Assembly (NCBI RefSeq): GCF_006345805.1
Contig: NC_043023.1
Location: 8,060,001 to 8,124,000, forward strand
Direction of reading: 5' to 3'
Length of the DNA: 64,000 bases
From: Octopus sinensis
Taxonomy: Eukaryota
This document shows positions 29,817-46,933 of the stretch, piece after piece; position 1 is the first letter of the stretch, and the number at the start of each line of letters is the position of its first letter. The notes below the pieces were generated by a model, which saw only the letters and a program-made list of their open reading frames with translations, searched no databases and was not told the DNA's origin. A program made the position numbers and the translations under genes.

Positions 29817-30065
29817 CATCATCATCGTTTACTGTCCGTTTTCCATGCTAGCATGTGTTGGATGGTTCAACTGGGCTATGGGAAGACAGGAGGCTGCACC
29901 AGGCTCCAGTCTGATCTGGCATTGTTTCTACAGCTGGATGCCCTTCCTAACGCCAACGACTCCGTGAGTGAAGTGGGTGTTTTTTAGTGCTACCGGCACA
30001 GGGGCTGCATGAGGCTGGCAAACAGCCCCGATTTGTTGATGCTTTTATGTGTCACCGACATGGAC
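29817..30065 (-). mobile_element. RTE-like LINE 3' UTR fragment
   Basis: (CAT)n followed by ttccatgctagcat... Similar tails at about 24751, 27411, 31800, 37161, 39828, 45085, 53396, 56051, 61281 and 63952. Confidence 0.8.
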
Positions 30066-30067
30066 GG

Positions 30068-30410
30068 CGCTGGCATCTTCCATGTTCGGGTGGAAGGAGA
30101 CTGGAATAGGGTAGCCATTGACATCATGAACTATTGGGAAAATGTATACCCCTCAATGGTCGACTGTGGTCCAGAGCAGATGGCTATATGGAGAGAGATC
30201 AGGATGGAATGTGCTGCCAAAATTGCCAGAAGACAATGGAGGTAGTCTTCTGGTACAACATACCGTCCAGGTTAGGGCAAACCGAAATGTCTGCCTCGAA
30301 AAGAGCCATATTCTAGTGAAAAGGGAGACATCTCAGCATGGTGTCTGTACAGTTCGAAGACGAGGTGTGGGTGAAGACCCTGAATGCTTGTGTAGGGCAT
30401 TGGCCATAAA
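30068..30410 (+). mobile_element. Degenerate Gypsy/Ty3-type integrase fragment
   Basis: Frames give WNRVAIDI..Y.SMVDCGPEQMAIWREIR, then EVVFWYN..RLGQ.E.S..RAIF, then VQFEDEVWVK. Recognised by eye as an rve core and C-terminus with an internal deletion. Confidence 0.6.
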
Positions 30411-30485
30411 TTTATAACAGACGGACTATAGACAGGAACCTCACAGCAGGCTACTTAGTGAGTTGCTCTGCAGAGAAGGGACTTC

Positions 30486-31353
<868 letters not shown>

Positions 31354-32029
31354 CTGTATAAGTATTAAAATTTGTTACAACATGCCTAAAATTACTTCTA
31401 GTTTTTCTGCAAAGAGACAGGGATTTTTTTTATCTCTTCAAATTTCATGGTATCAACTTCAATTTCATCAATGTCAACATCAAATTCAACTAAGACTTTG
31501 ATTTCTGAAGATGGTCATGCTGGAGTTTTGAGGAATTTGTTATGAGAGAATAAAGAAATGAGAATAAGGAATAAAAACTGAATTAAACTGAAGTTGGTTT
31601 TGTCTATGTACTTTCATCATTGTCATCATTTTCATCATCATCATCCTTCAGCGATAGCTTTTCTTTATATGCTGTCATGGGTGGGACAGTTTGACATGAG
31701 CTGGCATGCTGCACCAGGTTCCAGTCCGATTTGTTTGGGTTTCTTTGGATGTATTCTCCTAATATTAACCAGTTTACAGTTTATGCTGTGTGCTTTATAT
31801 CATCATCATCATCATTTAACATCCGCCTTCCAAGCTAGTATGGGTTGGACGATTTGACTGAGGACTGGTGAACGAAATGGCTGCACCAGGCTCCTTTCTG
31901 ATCTGGCAGAGTTTTGACAGCTGGATGCTTTTCCTAACAACAACCACCCCGAGAGTGTAGTGGGTGCTTTTATGTGTCACCGGCATGAGGAACAGTCAGG
32001 CAGTACTGGCAACGGCCACGCTCAAATGC

Positions 32030-32453
32030 TTTTAGCTCAAAAGAGAGCATAGGATTGGTTAAAATTCAAAAAATTAAACTACGTTAAACAAACAAATTAC
32101 AATTTTCTCAAGAAGGCCAAGAGAAAAAAACGTTTTATTTTGACACATTCTACCAGTATACGAAATTTTAAAGTGTTTAATTAACTAGAAATTGTGTTGA
32201 AAAGTGCCGTTCAAAAGGAAAAGATCCATTTAGGGTTAGGATCAGTGACAAGGATGTCTCAGTTTTAGACGCAGCAAAAGATTTTAGCTAAATAGAAAAT
32301 TCGAAAAATTAAACTATGTTAAACTTACAAATTACAATTTTCTCAAAAAAGCCAAGAGAAAAAGATGTTTCATTTTGACACATTCTACCAGTATACGAAG
32401 TTTTAAAGTGTTTAGTTGACTAGAAATTGTCTGCCGTTCAAAAGGAAAAGATC
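32030..32453. mobile_element. Two partial right arms of a foldback MITE
   Basis: Both end gccgttcaaaaggaaaagatcc; full homologue at 47048-47525. Confidence 0.75.
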
Positions 32454-33404
32454 CAATTTATGTGCTGGAAAAGGAGTAGACTTTATTAAAATAATCTGGT
32501 GTAAATTTGGAAAAACTCCAAAGTAATTTATTGACAGAATGGGACAAAGAAATTCACTGGAGCGGAAAAAGGAGTAGACATTATCAAAATAATCTGGTGA
32601 ATGGGACAAAGAAAATCACTGGAGCGGAACCAACAACTCAGCAGAGCCATCTATTGGAGAATTGAAGAAATACAATCATACGAAGGGAAGTAACTTCTAC
32701 AACACAGTGAACCACTCAATGTTACAGTAATTATTTTTCGAAGCGGGAACCTGACAATAATTAGGTAAATATATTTCTTCGGCTTAATTAATGATTTCCA
32801 AATTGAAATGTTGATTTGATGCTTATAAAATACTATGACCGACTGATACATGTGATAGGACTGAAATTAATTGGTAAAGTGAGAATAAAACAGCGTAATT
32901 AATTAGTAAAATGTGAGGAGTCCGATTGAAGAATTCCACATTAATATATGTTATCCTGTTGTTTATGAGGCATTGATAAAACGGTAAGTTAATAAAGATT
33001 TACTCTAATGTTACATTAATAATAGTAATGATGATGATGATTTCAAAACTGGCCCAGGGTCAGCAATCTTTAATACGAGCGATAAGTCGATTGCATGGGT
33101 CCCGGTTTTTTCCCAAAAGAGATGAAAGACAAAGTCGATCTCATCCGTATTTGAACTCAGGACTTTCCGCCGAGATTGGCTTTGTATTTCATTCCATTCT
33201 GTGTGAAGAAAATAATAATGATGATGATGATAATAGTAATCTTTTGATAATTAAAACAATAACCTTTTGTGCTTTTGACCTGAAAATTGGCGGGAAGGCA
33301 TAAGTGAATTACATGGACCCTAGTACTTGATTGCTTCTTATTTTTTCTACCTGGAAATAATGAAAGGGGACCTTGATGTGATTTGAACTTTGAGAGTAAT
33401 GATG

Positions 33405-34111
33405 CGATCTTTTCACTTTGACCGGCAGATTTTAAAAATGATTTCTATGTAACTAAAACATTTAAAACTTCGTATACTGGTAGAATGTGCTTAAAAAACA
33501 TCTTTTTCTCTTAGCTTTCTTGAGAAAATTCTGCATTTTGTAACATATTTGTTTAATTTCTTGCATTTCGGTAATTTCAACCAATTAATGACGTCTATTG
33601 AGGTGAAAACGATTTCTGGCGGCGTTATATGAAAATGTCCCTGTTACATATTATATATTCGTTTAAGAAACAGATTGGGTTTATTTACATTTCTGAAGAA
33701 AAAAAAAGATACCCTTCCCATATTGAAATGCAATAGATCGATACTAGGATCATAATTATAGGTGGATACTAAATAGGGAACGATTTTGTTATCCAGCTCT
33801 GATTACGAGTGACCCCTCAGTTTATGGCCACGGGGTATCTTTTTTTTCATAAAAAACAGACATTTTCATATGACACCGCCAGTAAATGTTACGGCAGAAA
33901 TCGTTTTCACCTCAATAGATGTCTTTGATTGGTTGAAATTGCCGAAATGCAAGAAATTAAACAACAAATATGTTACAAACTACAGAATTTTCTCAAGAAA
34001 GCCAAGAGAAAAAGATGTTTTATAAACACATTCTACCAGTATATGAAGTTTAAAATTTTTTAGTTACATAGAAATTATTTTAAAAATCTGCCGGTCAAAG
34101 CAAAAAGATCC
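33405..34111. mobile_element. Foldback MITE, about 700 bp, arms about 230 bp, 8-bp TSD (Merlin- or Mutator-like)
   Basis: (c/g)gatcttttc...aaaagatcc flanked by a perfect TAATGATG duplication. Paralogue at 48405-49118 has the same TSD. Confidence 0.88.
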
Positions 34112-34257
34112 TAATGATGTGTAGGGCACTGCCCATGGGCTCATCGTAGACAGCATGAAGACAGGGACCTTCACTGCTGGATAGCTAGCGAGCTGGTCCA
34201 GAAAAGGGAATCCCGGTCGGGCAACATGAAGTCTTAAATCAAACATTTTTCTGAAAG
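34112..34257 (+). other. Putative non-coding upstream exon ending at AAG|GTAAAG
   Basis: Donor-like site about 180 bp before the acceptor; the same in copies with GT at 42517, 49265 and 58638. Confidence 0.4.
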
Positions 34258-34714
34258 GTAAAGGTGAAGTGTGTAGTAAACTTGTGTGGGTATACCAATG
34301 TTTCAATGCCTCAATGAACTCTGACCCCTGTAAACATTGACATTAAATGGCTGACAGTGTTCATGTTGTAATATTTACAATGTTGAATTACTATGTCACT
34401 TAACTATCCTCTTTATCTTACTGTTTCTTTTTCTATTTCAGAATATCACATCATGATGACATGAAAGAAATTACTTCGTTCAGATATGCCTTTGATATTT
34501 TTATCAACTAAAGGAAGACGATATATTTATAAGGAGCATTCATCTATGCATCAACGTTTCTATATAAATATAATCTATGACAAACAACAGCAGAATATTT
34601 TTCTTGTCTGGAATGTAGAGGAGGTGATTGCTTTACAAGTTTGGATAATTTTACAAACGAGTTGACAGTTTTCACCTGTTGATTTAGGTATTAAGTAAGA
34701 TCACAGAAGAAAGA

Positions 34715-36110
<1,396 letters not shown>

Positions 36111-36758
36111 TGTGGTAAATCATTCTCATACAATGGTGACTTGACTAATTATAAGCATATTCATACTGGGGAAAAACAATATTACTGTGATATCTATGGT
36201 AAATCATTCTCTCAAAAACGCCATTTATATACACATGTGAGTATTCACACAAAAGTGCAACCATTCAGTATTAATCTTTATTACAACAATTATGGCTATT
36301 TTTTTCTGCTGAAAGACAGGGCTATTTTTATCTCTTCAGATATGATGTTATCAACTTCAATTTCAATAATGTCAGCATCAAATTCATGAATGTCATGTAT
36401 ATATATGGAAGTATATCAACAATGCCTTTGATTTCTGAAGATGATTGCTCTGGATTTTTGAGCAATTTGTTTTGAGAGAATAAAGAAATGGGAATAATGA
36501 ATAAAAGGTTACACTGAAGTTGATTTTGTCTATGTGTTTTCATCATTGTCGCTGTTATCATCATCATCCTTTAGTGAAATTTTTTTTCTTTACTGGCATG
36601 GGTGGCACAGTGTGACATGAGCTGGAAAACCATGATGCTGCACTAGGTTCCAGTCTGATTTGTTTGGGTTTCTTTGGATGTATTCTCCTAATAGAGTTTA
36701 TGCTGTGTACTTCAAATATATGTGTGCCTATGCACTCACACACACATATATATGTGTG

Positions 36759-36764
<6 letters not shown>

Positions 36765-36822
<58 letters not shown>
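36765..36822. repeat. (TA)n microsatellite
   Basis: Direct reading. Confidence 0.95.
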
Positions 36823-36833
<11 letters not shown>

Positions 36834-37685
36834 CATCATCATCCAATGAAAAAAATATATGTTTACAATGATACCGAGGGGAAGGGGTTCCGCCACACTT
36901 TTTCCAAGCAAAAATAAGGAGTTTGCAGCACATTGCAATGTCAGGGTACTTGATTCCATGAAAAAAATCTGAGTTTTTTTGTTTGTCTTTATGAAAATAT
37001 CAAAATTTACCCAAAATCCTTCTGGACTCCAAATTCTCCGAAAAAAACTGTGACAACAAATTCGTATGTAATCATAATCTATACCATCTAAAAAGTATTA
37101 TCATCATAATCTACCACATCAGTCATGGAAAATTTTGAATTTCCGTTAATCTACCAAATCATCATCATCATTTAACGTCCGCTTTCCATGCTAGCATGGG
37201 TTGGACGATTTGTCTGAGGTCTGGCAAACCAGACTCCAATCTGATCTGGCAGAGTTTTTACAGCTGGATGCCCTTCCTAACGCCAACCAGCTGTAGAAAC
37301 TCTGCCAGATCAGATTGGAGTCTGGTTCGCCAGACCTCAGTCAAATATATATATATATATATATATGTACAAATGATGAGAAGACAAAGAAAACTGCTTA
37401 ACACATCGTGACAGGGCAGTAAAAGCAGTTCCTCTGGTACTAAAATTCGTGTGATGGGTGAAAAGTTATTTGACCATTGGCGACGGAAAATGGGAGAAAC
37501 TATTAAATAGATAACTTGACACTTGCTCAGGAATTAAACAATGAAGATATTTATGTTTGTGGTGGCGAAGTTATGTGATCTGCAGTAGAGTAGACTAAAT
37601 CGTCTCCCACCAAGCAGACCAACTTCGTGGCCTTAGAGTGTGTAGGCAAGGGAAGAGAGATGCAAAAACAAAAAAAAAATGAGAA

Positions 37686-38083
37686 TTATATATATATATA
37701 AGGCTGAAGTTGTCTGTGTATGGCAGGTTTGGTAACCTTCAAATAACACTATCTCCTCCAAGACCCTGCAGCGCAAGTTGACCAAACTTGAGAGTATGAT
37801 AGAAGAAGGCTTGCTCTTCCTTCTTTAGAAGAAAAAATTCAAATCGGACCATATTAACACCAAAAATTATTTACATCACAAAGGTGCTTTTTCTCTATGA
37901 AAATCCCTATTTTTTACGATTTTTTGACTGCTGTGTCGTCATTTTTCGGTGTATTTCAACCAGAAAAATGTTCAATTAAAGAGGATAACAAGCTACATAA
38001 TGCAAAATTTTACTTTTCAAAAATTCCAGTTCTAAAGGGTCGAAAAGAAAACAAGCCCGAGCAACGCTGGGCTATACTGCTAG
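37686..38083 (+). mobile_element. Helitron-N copy
   Basis: Hairpin followed by CTAG|T. Confidence 0.8.
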
Positions 38084-38235
38084 TATGTATATAAAAAGGG
38101 CAATGTGTAAAGACTCCCTTCAGTCATTAATGACCATGGTATTGCATCTAGGAAGTTCACCTCAAAGGCACAACTCCAGGCAAGGTTCTTTTCACGGAAG
38201 ACCAGCTGTTGCCCATGCACACCAGTCTCCCCTCT

Positions 38236-38822
38236 CATCATCATCATCATTGTTCGACCGTGGTCGAGACAATGGAATTTACCATGTTACGCCAGACTTC
38301 ACGGTCCATCATGGCATGACGGAGGTCCTGTTGCTGGATGCCTGTATCCCTGGAGATTACATCAGGGTAGGAGAGTGTGCGCCCTCTGGTATTGTGAGTA
38401 GATGTCTTCCAGAGGAGAAGGGTAGAAATTGCCTCGTTTTCCGCTCTACAACAATGTCCAGCAAACTGGACTCTCCTACCTTTCACAAGAGATGACACAG
38501 GTGGTAGTTTCCTATATATTTGCATTTTGGTTGGATGGTGCCTCCACGAGAGATTTTGAGCTCTCATAAGGAGGCGAGTGTAGGTTCCATCCAACCGCCT
38601 CTCAAGCTTCTTTGATAACGTCCAGGTTTCTGAGCAATATAGTAGAATTGGTTCGACTGTGACTTTGAAGATTTCAAGTTTGAAGTCTCTACTTAGATTT
38701 GATGACCAGATCTTATGCATGTCATTACAGGCTGACCAGGCCATACTCTTTCTAGTTAGAAAGTCTTTCCCAGATGATGATATGTATGACCCAAGGTATT
38801 TGTAATCAGTCTCCCCTCTACA
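38236..38822 (-). mobile_element. 5'-truncated RTE-clade LINE (RT C-terminal part)
   Basis: YKYLGS...AWSAC...KIW...EPILLYCSETWTL...RRVQFAGHC...AMMDREVWR, (TGA)n tail. Paralogue at 54466-55040; largely deleted in unit 1. Confidence 0.88.
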
Positions 38823-39274
38823 GGCCACCAATGTCATCCAAGTGAAGGCCAAAAGCCAATACAGCTTGGCACCAGTGATGTTGCTCATTTCTACAGGTGA
38901 GTGAACTGGACCACCATGAAATAAAGTGTCTTGCTCAAGAACACAACACACAGCCTGGTCCAGGAATTGAACTCACTACTTAATGATTGTGAACCCAGCA
39001 TTCTAACCACTGAGCTATGTGCATCTCTCTCTCCCTCTTTCTCTGTGTGTATACATACATACATATATATATGAATGCATATACAGGAGGCAGTTGACAA
39101 AGCCAGCTTCTATATATGGCTGAAATGAGAAGACCCAGAATAGATTTTCCTATTTTTAATTCCAATATTTATAGCTTGTACTTAACATTAAGGTTTTTAA
39201 TATAAATTACTTAATGAGTATAAGACTTTATTTAGATGTATATTAAATAAATAAATTAATTAATTAATAATTTC

Positions 39275-39615
39275 GGCGCAGGAGTGGCTGTGTGGTAAGT
39301 AGCTTGTTAACTAACCACATGGTTCCGGGTTCAGGCCCACTGCGTGGCACCTTGGGCAAGTGTCTTCTGCTATAGCCTCGGGCCGACCAAAGCCTTGTGA
39401 GTGGATTTGGTAGACGGAAACTGAAAGAAGCCCATCGTATATGTGTATATATATGCGTGTTTGTGTTTGTTCCCCGAACATTGTTTGACAATCGGCAAAA
39501 GAGACTGATAGGATAAGTACTAGGCTTACAAAGAATAAGTCCTGGGGTCGATTTTCTCGACTAAAAGGCGGTGCTCCAGCATGGCCGCAGTCAAATGACT
39601 GAAACAAGTAAAAGA
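39275..39615 (+). mobile_element. SINE family 1
   Basis: Near-complete copy. Confidence 0.88.
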
Positions 39616-40079
39616 GAAAGAGAAAGGGTTACATTCTCTCTATAGATTAGTATAAAGGAGCTAATTTTGAATTCCCATATACAAAGTAAACAATCAGGTG
39701 GGGTTGGTTGTATTTAACAGGAAAAAAGTAACCAAATAAGGGAGTATGGAATTTTAAATATTGGGGACTAAAATTAATATCAAACCATCCATAATCAATA
39801 CAGCTTAGATATTAGTATGAAAGAAATCATCATCATCATTTACTGTCCGTTTTCCATGCTAGCATGTGTTGGATGGTTCGACTGGGCTATGGGAAGCCAG
39901 GAGGCTGCACCAGGCTCCAGTCTTATCTGGCAGTGTTGCTACAGCTGGATGCCTTTCCTAACGCCAACCACTCCGTGAGTGAAGTGGGTGTTTTTTAGTG
40001 CTACCGGCACAGGGGCTGCATGAGGCTGGCAAACAGCCCCGATTTGTTGATGCTTTTATGTGTCACCGACATGGACAGC

Positions 40080-40420
40080 GCTGGCATCTTCCATGTTCGG
40101 GTGGAAGGAGACTGGAATAGGGTAGCCATTGACATCATGGACTATTGGGAAAATGTATACCCCTCAATGGTCGACTGTGGTCCAGAGCAGATGGCTATAT
40201 GGAGAGAGATCAGGGCGGAGAGTGCTACCAAAATTGCCAGAAGACAATGGAGGTAGTCTTCTGGTACAACATACCGTCCAGGTTAGGGCAAACCGAAGAG
40301 TCTGCCTCGAAAAGAGCCATATTCTAGTGAAAAGGGAGACATCTCAGCATGGTGTCTGTACAGTTCGAAGACGAGGTGTGGGTGAAGACCCTGAATGCTT
40401 GTGTAGGGCACTGGCCATAA
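40080..40420 (+). mobile_element. Gypsy integrase remnant (unit 2 copy)
   Basis: Paralogue of 30068-30410. Confidence 0.6.
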
Positions 40421-40496
40421 ATTTATAACAGACGGACTATAGACAGGAACCTCACAGCAGGCTACTTAGTGAGTTGCTCTGCAGAGAAGGGACTTC

Positions 40497-40896
40497 CGAT
40501 CTTTTCCGTTTGACCGGCAGTTTTTTCTAGCGGTGTCATATGAAATTGTCACCCATAATTATGACCCTAGTATTGATCTATTGCATTTCAATCTCTTTTA
40601 GGGTTGGAGGTGGGGGGAAGGGTATCTTTTTCTTCCGAAATGTAAATAAACCCAATCTGTTTCTTAAACGAGGGACATATTCATACGGCACAGAATGTTT
40701 TCACCTTAGTAGACGTCATTGATTGGTTGAAATTGAAGAAAAAAAACAACAAATATCTTACAAACTATAGAATTTTCTCAATAAAGCCAAGAGAAAAAGA
40801 TGTTTTATAAACACATTCTACCAGAATACGAAGTTTAAAACTGTTTAGTTACGTGGAAATTAATTTAGAAAACTGCCGGTCAAACCGAAAAGATCC
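40497..40896. mobile_element. GGATC-TIR MITE, about 400 bp
   Basis: gatcttttccgtttgaccggcagtttt / aaaactgccggtcaaaccgaaaagatcc. Confidence 0.88.
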
Positions 40897-41029
40897 TAGA
40901 ATATACAAATATACGTTGTTAAATTACTCTGGTGAGAATTTAAATAAAACTTGAAGATGGAGTTATTGACAGAAAGGGACAAAGTTAAAAAAACACCGGA
41001 ACGTATCCAACGAGTCAGTAGCACTCTCT

Positions 41030-41560
41030 ATTGGAGAATTGAGGAAATACAATCATATCAAGGGACACAACTTCTAAAAGACATCAACCACGAGGCCAAA
41101 GTAGCTAATTAGGGAAGTTAATTAGGGAGGTTAAATACCGTTCACTGAGTCGCTGTTTATTTCTGAATACGGTAAGTTGACACAGATTTACTTTAAGGCT
41201 GTAATAGTGTTGATAATACTACTAATAATAAGGTAAATAATAGAATTCTGTGAACCTCTCGATGTTACAGTAATTATTTTTCCAAGCGGGAACCTGACAA
41301 TAATTAGGAAAATATATTTGTTCGTCTTAATTAATAATTTCCAAACTGAAATGTTGATCTGTTGTTTATAAAATACTATGACCGACTGATACATGTGATA
41401 TAAAGTAAATTAGTTGGTAAAAATGAATGTAATGTGGCATAATTAATTAGTAAAATGAGAAGAAACCGATTGAAGAATTCCACATTAATTAATTCTGTCC
41501 TGTTGTTAATTAGGCATTGATAAAACGGTAAGTTGATGAAAATTTGCTTTAAGGTTATAT
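41030..41560 (+). promoter_or_regulatory. Conserved upstream module of B genes with two G|GTAAGT donors (41172, 41528)
   Basis: Homologous to 17105, 32650, 47660 and 57125. Confidence 0.45.
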
Positions 41561-41705
41561 TAATAATCGTAATGGTGGTTTCAAATTTTTGCCCAGGGCG
41601 AGCGGGAGTCGATGACACGGGCCCCAGAATTTCCTGAAAGGGATGAACGGCAAAGTGAACCTCGGCTGTATTTGAACCCAAGACTTACCGTCGAGATCGA
41701 CTCTG

Positions 41706-42371
41706 GGATCTTTTCGGTTTGAACGGCAGTTTTTAAAAATATTTTCCACGTAACTAAACAGTTTTAAACTTCGTATATTGGTAGAGTGTGTTTATAAAAC
41801 ATCTTTTTCTCTTGGCTTTCTTGAGAAAATTCTATAGTTTGTGAGATATTTGTTGTTTTTTTTTCTTCAATTTCAACCAATCAATGACGTCTATTGAGGT
41901 GAAAACATTCTGTGCCGTATGAATATGTCCTCGTTTCAGAAACAGATTGGGTTTATTTACATTTCTGAAGAAAAAAAGATACCCTTCCCCCCACCCTAAC
42001 CCTAAAACATATTGAAAAGCAATAGATCGATACTAGGGTCATAATTACGGGTGGACACTAAAAAGGGAACGGTTTTGTTTTCCAGCTCCGTTTACGAGAG
42101 ACCCCTCAGTTTATGGCCACAGGGTATCTTCTTTCTCATAAAAAACAGGGACATTTTCATATGACGCCGCCAGTAAATTTTACGGCAGAAATCGTTTTCA
42201 CCTCAATAGATGTCTTTGATTGGTTGAAATAGCCGAAATGCAAGAAATTAAACAACAAATATGTTATAAACTACAGAATTTTCTCAAGAAAGCCAAGAGA
42301 AAAAGATGATTTATAAACACATTCTACCAGTATACGAAGTTTAAAATCTGCCGGTCCAAGCGAAAAGATCC
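41706..42371. mobile_element. Chimeric foldback MITE upstream of B2
   Basis: Left arm matches the 40497 subfamily; right arm and right flank match 33405-34111; no matching TSD. Same structure at 57821-58492. Confidence 0.78.
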
Positions 42372-42934
42372 TAATGATGTGCAGGGCACTGACCATGGGC
42401 TCATCGTAGACAACATGAAGACAGGGACCTTCACTGCTGGATAGCTAGCGAGCTGGTCCAGAAAAGGGAATTTCGGTTGGCAACATGAAGTCTTACATCA
42501 AACATTTTTCTGAAAGGTAAAGGTGAAGTGTGTAGTAAACTTGTGTGGGTATACCAATGTTTCAACACCTCAATGAACTCTGACCCCTGTAAACATTGAC
42601 ATTAAATGGCTGACAGTGTTCATGTAATATTTACAATGTTGAATTACTATGTCACTTAACTATCCTCTTTATCTTACTGCTTCTTTTTCTATTTCAGAAT
42701 ATCACCTCATGATGACATGAAAGAAATTACTTTGTTCAGATGTGCCTTTGATATTTTTATCAACTAAAGGAAGATGATATATTTATAAGGAGCATTCATC
42801 TATACATCAACGTTTCTATATAAATATAATCTATGACAAACAACAGCAGAATATTTTTCTTGTCTGGAATGTAGAGGAGGTGATTGCTTTACAAGTTTGG
42901 ATAACTTTACAAACGAGTTGACCTGTTGATTTAG

Positions 42935-44627
<1,693 letters not shown>

Positions 44628-45778
44628 CTATATAAGTTTTAAAATTTGTTACAACATACCTAAAATTACTTCTAGTTTTTCTGCAAAGAGACAGGGATTT
44701 TTTTTATCTCTTCAAATTACATGGTATAAACTTCAATTTCATCAATGTCAACATCAAATTCAGCAAAGACTTTGATTTCTGAAGATGGTCATGCTGGAGT
44801 TTTGTCGAATTTGTTATGATAGAATAAAGAAATGGGAATAAGGAATAAAAACTGAATTAAACTGAAATTGGTTTTGTCTATTAACTTTCATCATTGTCGT
44901 CATTTTCATCATCATCATCCTTCAGCGATAGCTTTTCTTTATATGCTGTCATGGGTGGGACAGTTTGACATGAGCTGGCAAGCCCTAATGCTGCACTAGG
45001 TTCCAGTCTGATTTGTTTTGGTTGCTTTAGATGTATTCTCCTAATATTAACCAGTTTACATTTTATGCTGTGTGCTTTATATCATCATCATCATCATCAT
45101 TTAACGTCCGCCTTCCAAGCTAGCATGGGTTGGACGATTTGACTGAGGACTGGTGAACGAAATGGCTGCACCAGGCTCCTTTCTGATCTGGCAGAGTTTG
45201 GACAGCTTGATGCCCTTGCTAATGCCAACCACTCCAAGAGTGTAGTGGGTCCTTATACATGTCACTGGCATGAAGACTTGTCAGGCTGTACTGGCAATGG
45301 CCATGCTGAAATGGTGTTTTTTACCTGCCACCTGCACAGGAACCAGTCCAGCAGCACTGGCAATGACCTCTCTCGAATACTTTTTCACGTGCCAGTAAGG
45401 CAATGCTGGTGACGATCATGCTCAAATGGTGCTTTTTACCTGCCACACAGCATATATATATATATATATATGAAATTTAATAAGGGTAGAAATTGATATT
45501 AATCAATTAAAACCAGTGGCCTAGCATATTAAATAAATCCGAAGATTAAGATATTTTTTACATACAAAATTTAAAGGACTGACCACTAAAAGTTAGTGGT
45601 CAGTCATTTAAGTTATGTATGTAAAAAAAAAATATATACATATGTGGAATATATACAACTGTAGAAACTCTGCCAGATCAGACTGGAGCCTGGTGCAGGC
45701 AATTTAAATACACAAAACAAACACCACCTCCTTTTCACTTCCCACTCTCTACCTCTCATTACCTCACTGTCCCTCCTC

Positions 45779-46933
45779 GGATCTTTTCCTTTTGAACGGC
45801 AGACAATTTCTAGTTCACTAAACACTTTAAAACTTCATATACTGGTAGAATGTGTCAAAATAAAACATCTTTTTCTCTTGGCTTTCTTGAGAAAATTGTA
45901 ATTTGTAAGTTTAACATAGTGTAGTGATCCTGTACAACGGTGCGCGCGCGTGCGGGGTTGGTGCTTTCACCACCGGAAGAAGGAATTTGCTGACGTGGCA
46001 GTTTAGCTGAGAGGCAGGGGAGCGTGAACCTTAAAAGGGTCCAGAGAGATATAGCAGCAGCAGGCAGTGACTTGAGACACGGCGACTGAAGGCACCGGAC
46101 GTGTAATTCTCTCTTTGTCCGGACTTGATATAGCAGCAGTCGGCAGAAGACTTTTAACCAGGATTTGTTGCAGACCACATCATCTCTCTCCTGATGCCAT
46201 TTTGACCAGTGTTGTTGCATTTGAACATTGTAAAATCTTACAAGCGATAAAGTTCAGCTCTGACACATCCATACCAAAGGGATACCAGATACACCACTTA
46301 TTTCTTACCGTTATAAGACAATAAAGTATATATATTTTTTACGTCTGCGTTTTGTGTTTTCTGACTGGTAGAATCTGGATATTAAAGCAACGGTAATTTG
46401 TATGCACCACATGCACTCTAAAAGTGCATGAAGCTACTCGTTCCCGTTACAATAGTTTAATTCTTCGAACTTTAACCACTGAATCGTCTCTAATTGAGCT
46501 AAAATCATTTGCTGCGTCTAAAACTGAAACAACATCCTGTCACTAATCCTAACCCTAAATTTGTTTATTTTTTTATTGTTAAATTAATTTAATTGTTACG
46601 CGTGTAAAAAAAACGTCCATTGCTTTAGTTTTTTTTACACGCGTAACAATTAAGAAAAGAAAAATTAGGGTTAAGGTTAGGTTGAGGGTTAGTGACAGGA
46701 TGTTGTCTCAGTTTTAGACGGAGAAAAGGATTTTAGCTCAAAGGAGGTAATCGATTGGTTAAAATTGCCGAAATGCTCGAAATTTCAGACGAAATATCTT
46801 ACAAACTATAGAATTTTCTCAATAAAACCAAGAGAAAATGTTTTATAAACACATTCTACCAGTATACGAAGTTTAAAAGTGTTTAGTTAACTAGAATTTG
46901 TGTTTACATCTGGCGTTCAAAAGGAAAAGATTC
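45779..46933. mobile_element. Foldback MITE with 8-bp TSD CCCTCCTC, interrupted by a solo LTR
   Basis: ggatcttttccttttgaacggcag ... gcgttcaaaaggaaaagattc; ccctcctc on both sides. Confidence 0.82.
45920..46451. mobile_element. Solo LTR, 532 bp
   Basis: TGTA...TACA termini, 4-bp TSD ATAG, AATAAA at about 46320. Removing it restores the MITE sequence. Confidence 0.85.

Noticed and set aside
30009-30417. Three-copy conserved small ORFs (MRLANSPD..., MGKCIPLN...) as a novel gene
   Set aside because: Conservation reflects recent segmental duplication; the content is a LINE tail plus a broken integrase.
36564-36959. ORFs with IYIYIY, HHHH or MMMM runs
   Set aside because: Translations of (TA)n and (CAT)n microsatellites.
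38247-38951. 234-aa minus-strand ORF as a host gene
   Set aside because: It is a chance fusion of a SINE body with a truncated RTE reverse-transcriptase C-terminus.
41990-42010. Telomere-like CCCTAA/TTAGGG runs (also at 46550, 46670, 47175, 47270, 58110)
   Set aside because: Only 2-3 units, always internal to the MITE family; not interstitial telomeres.
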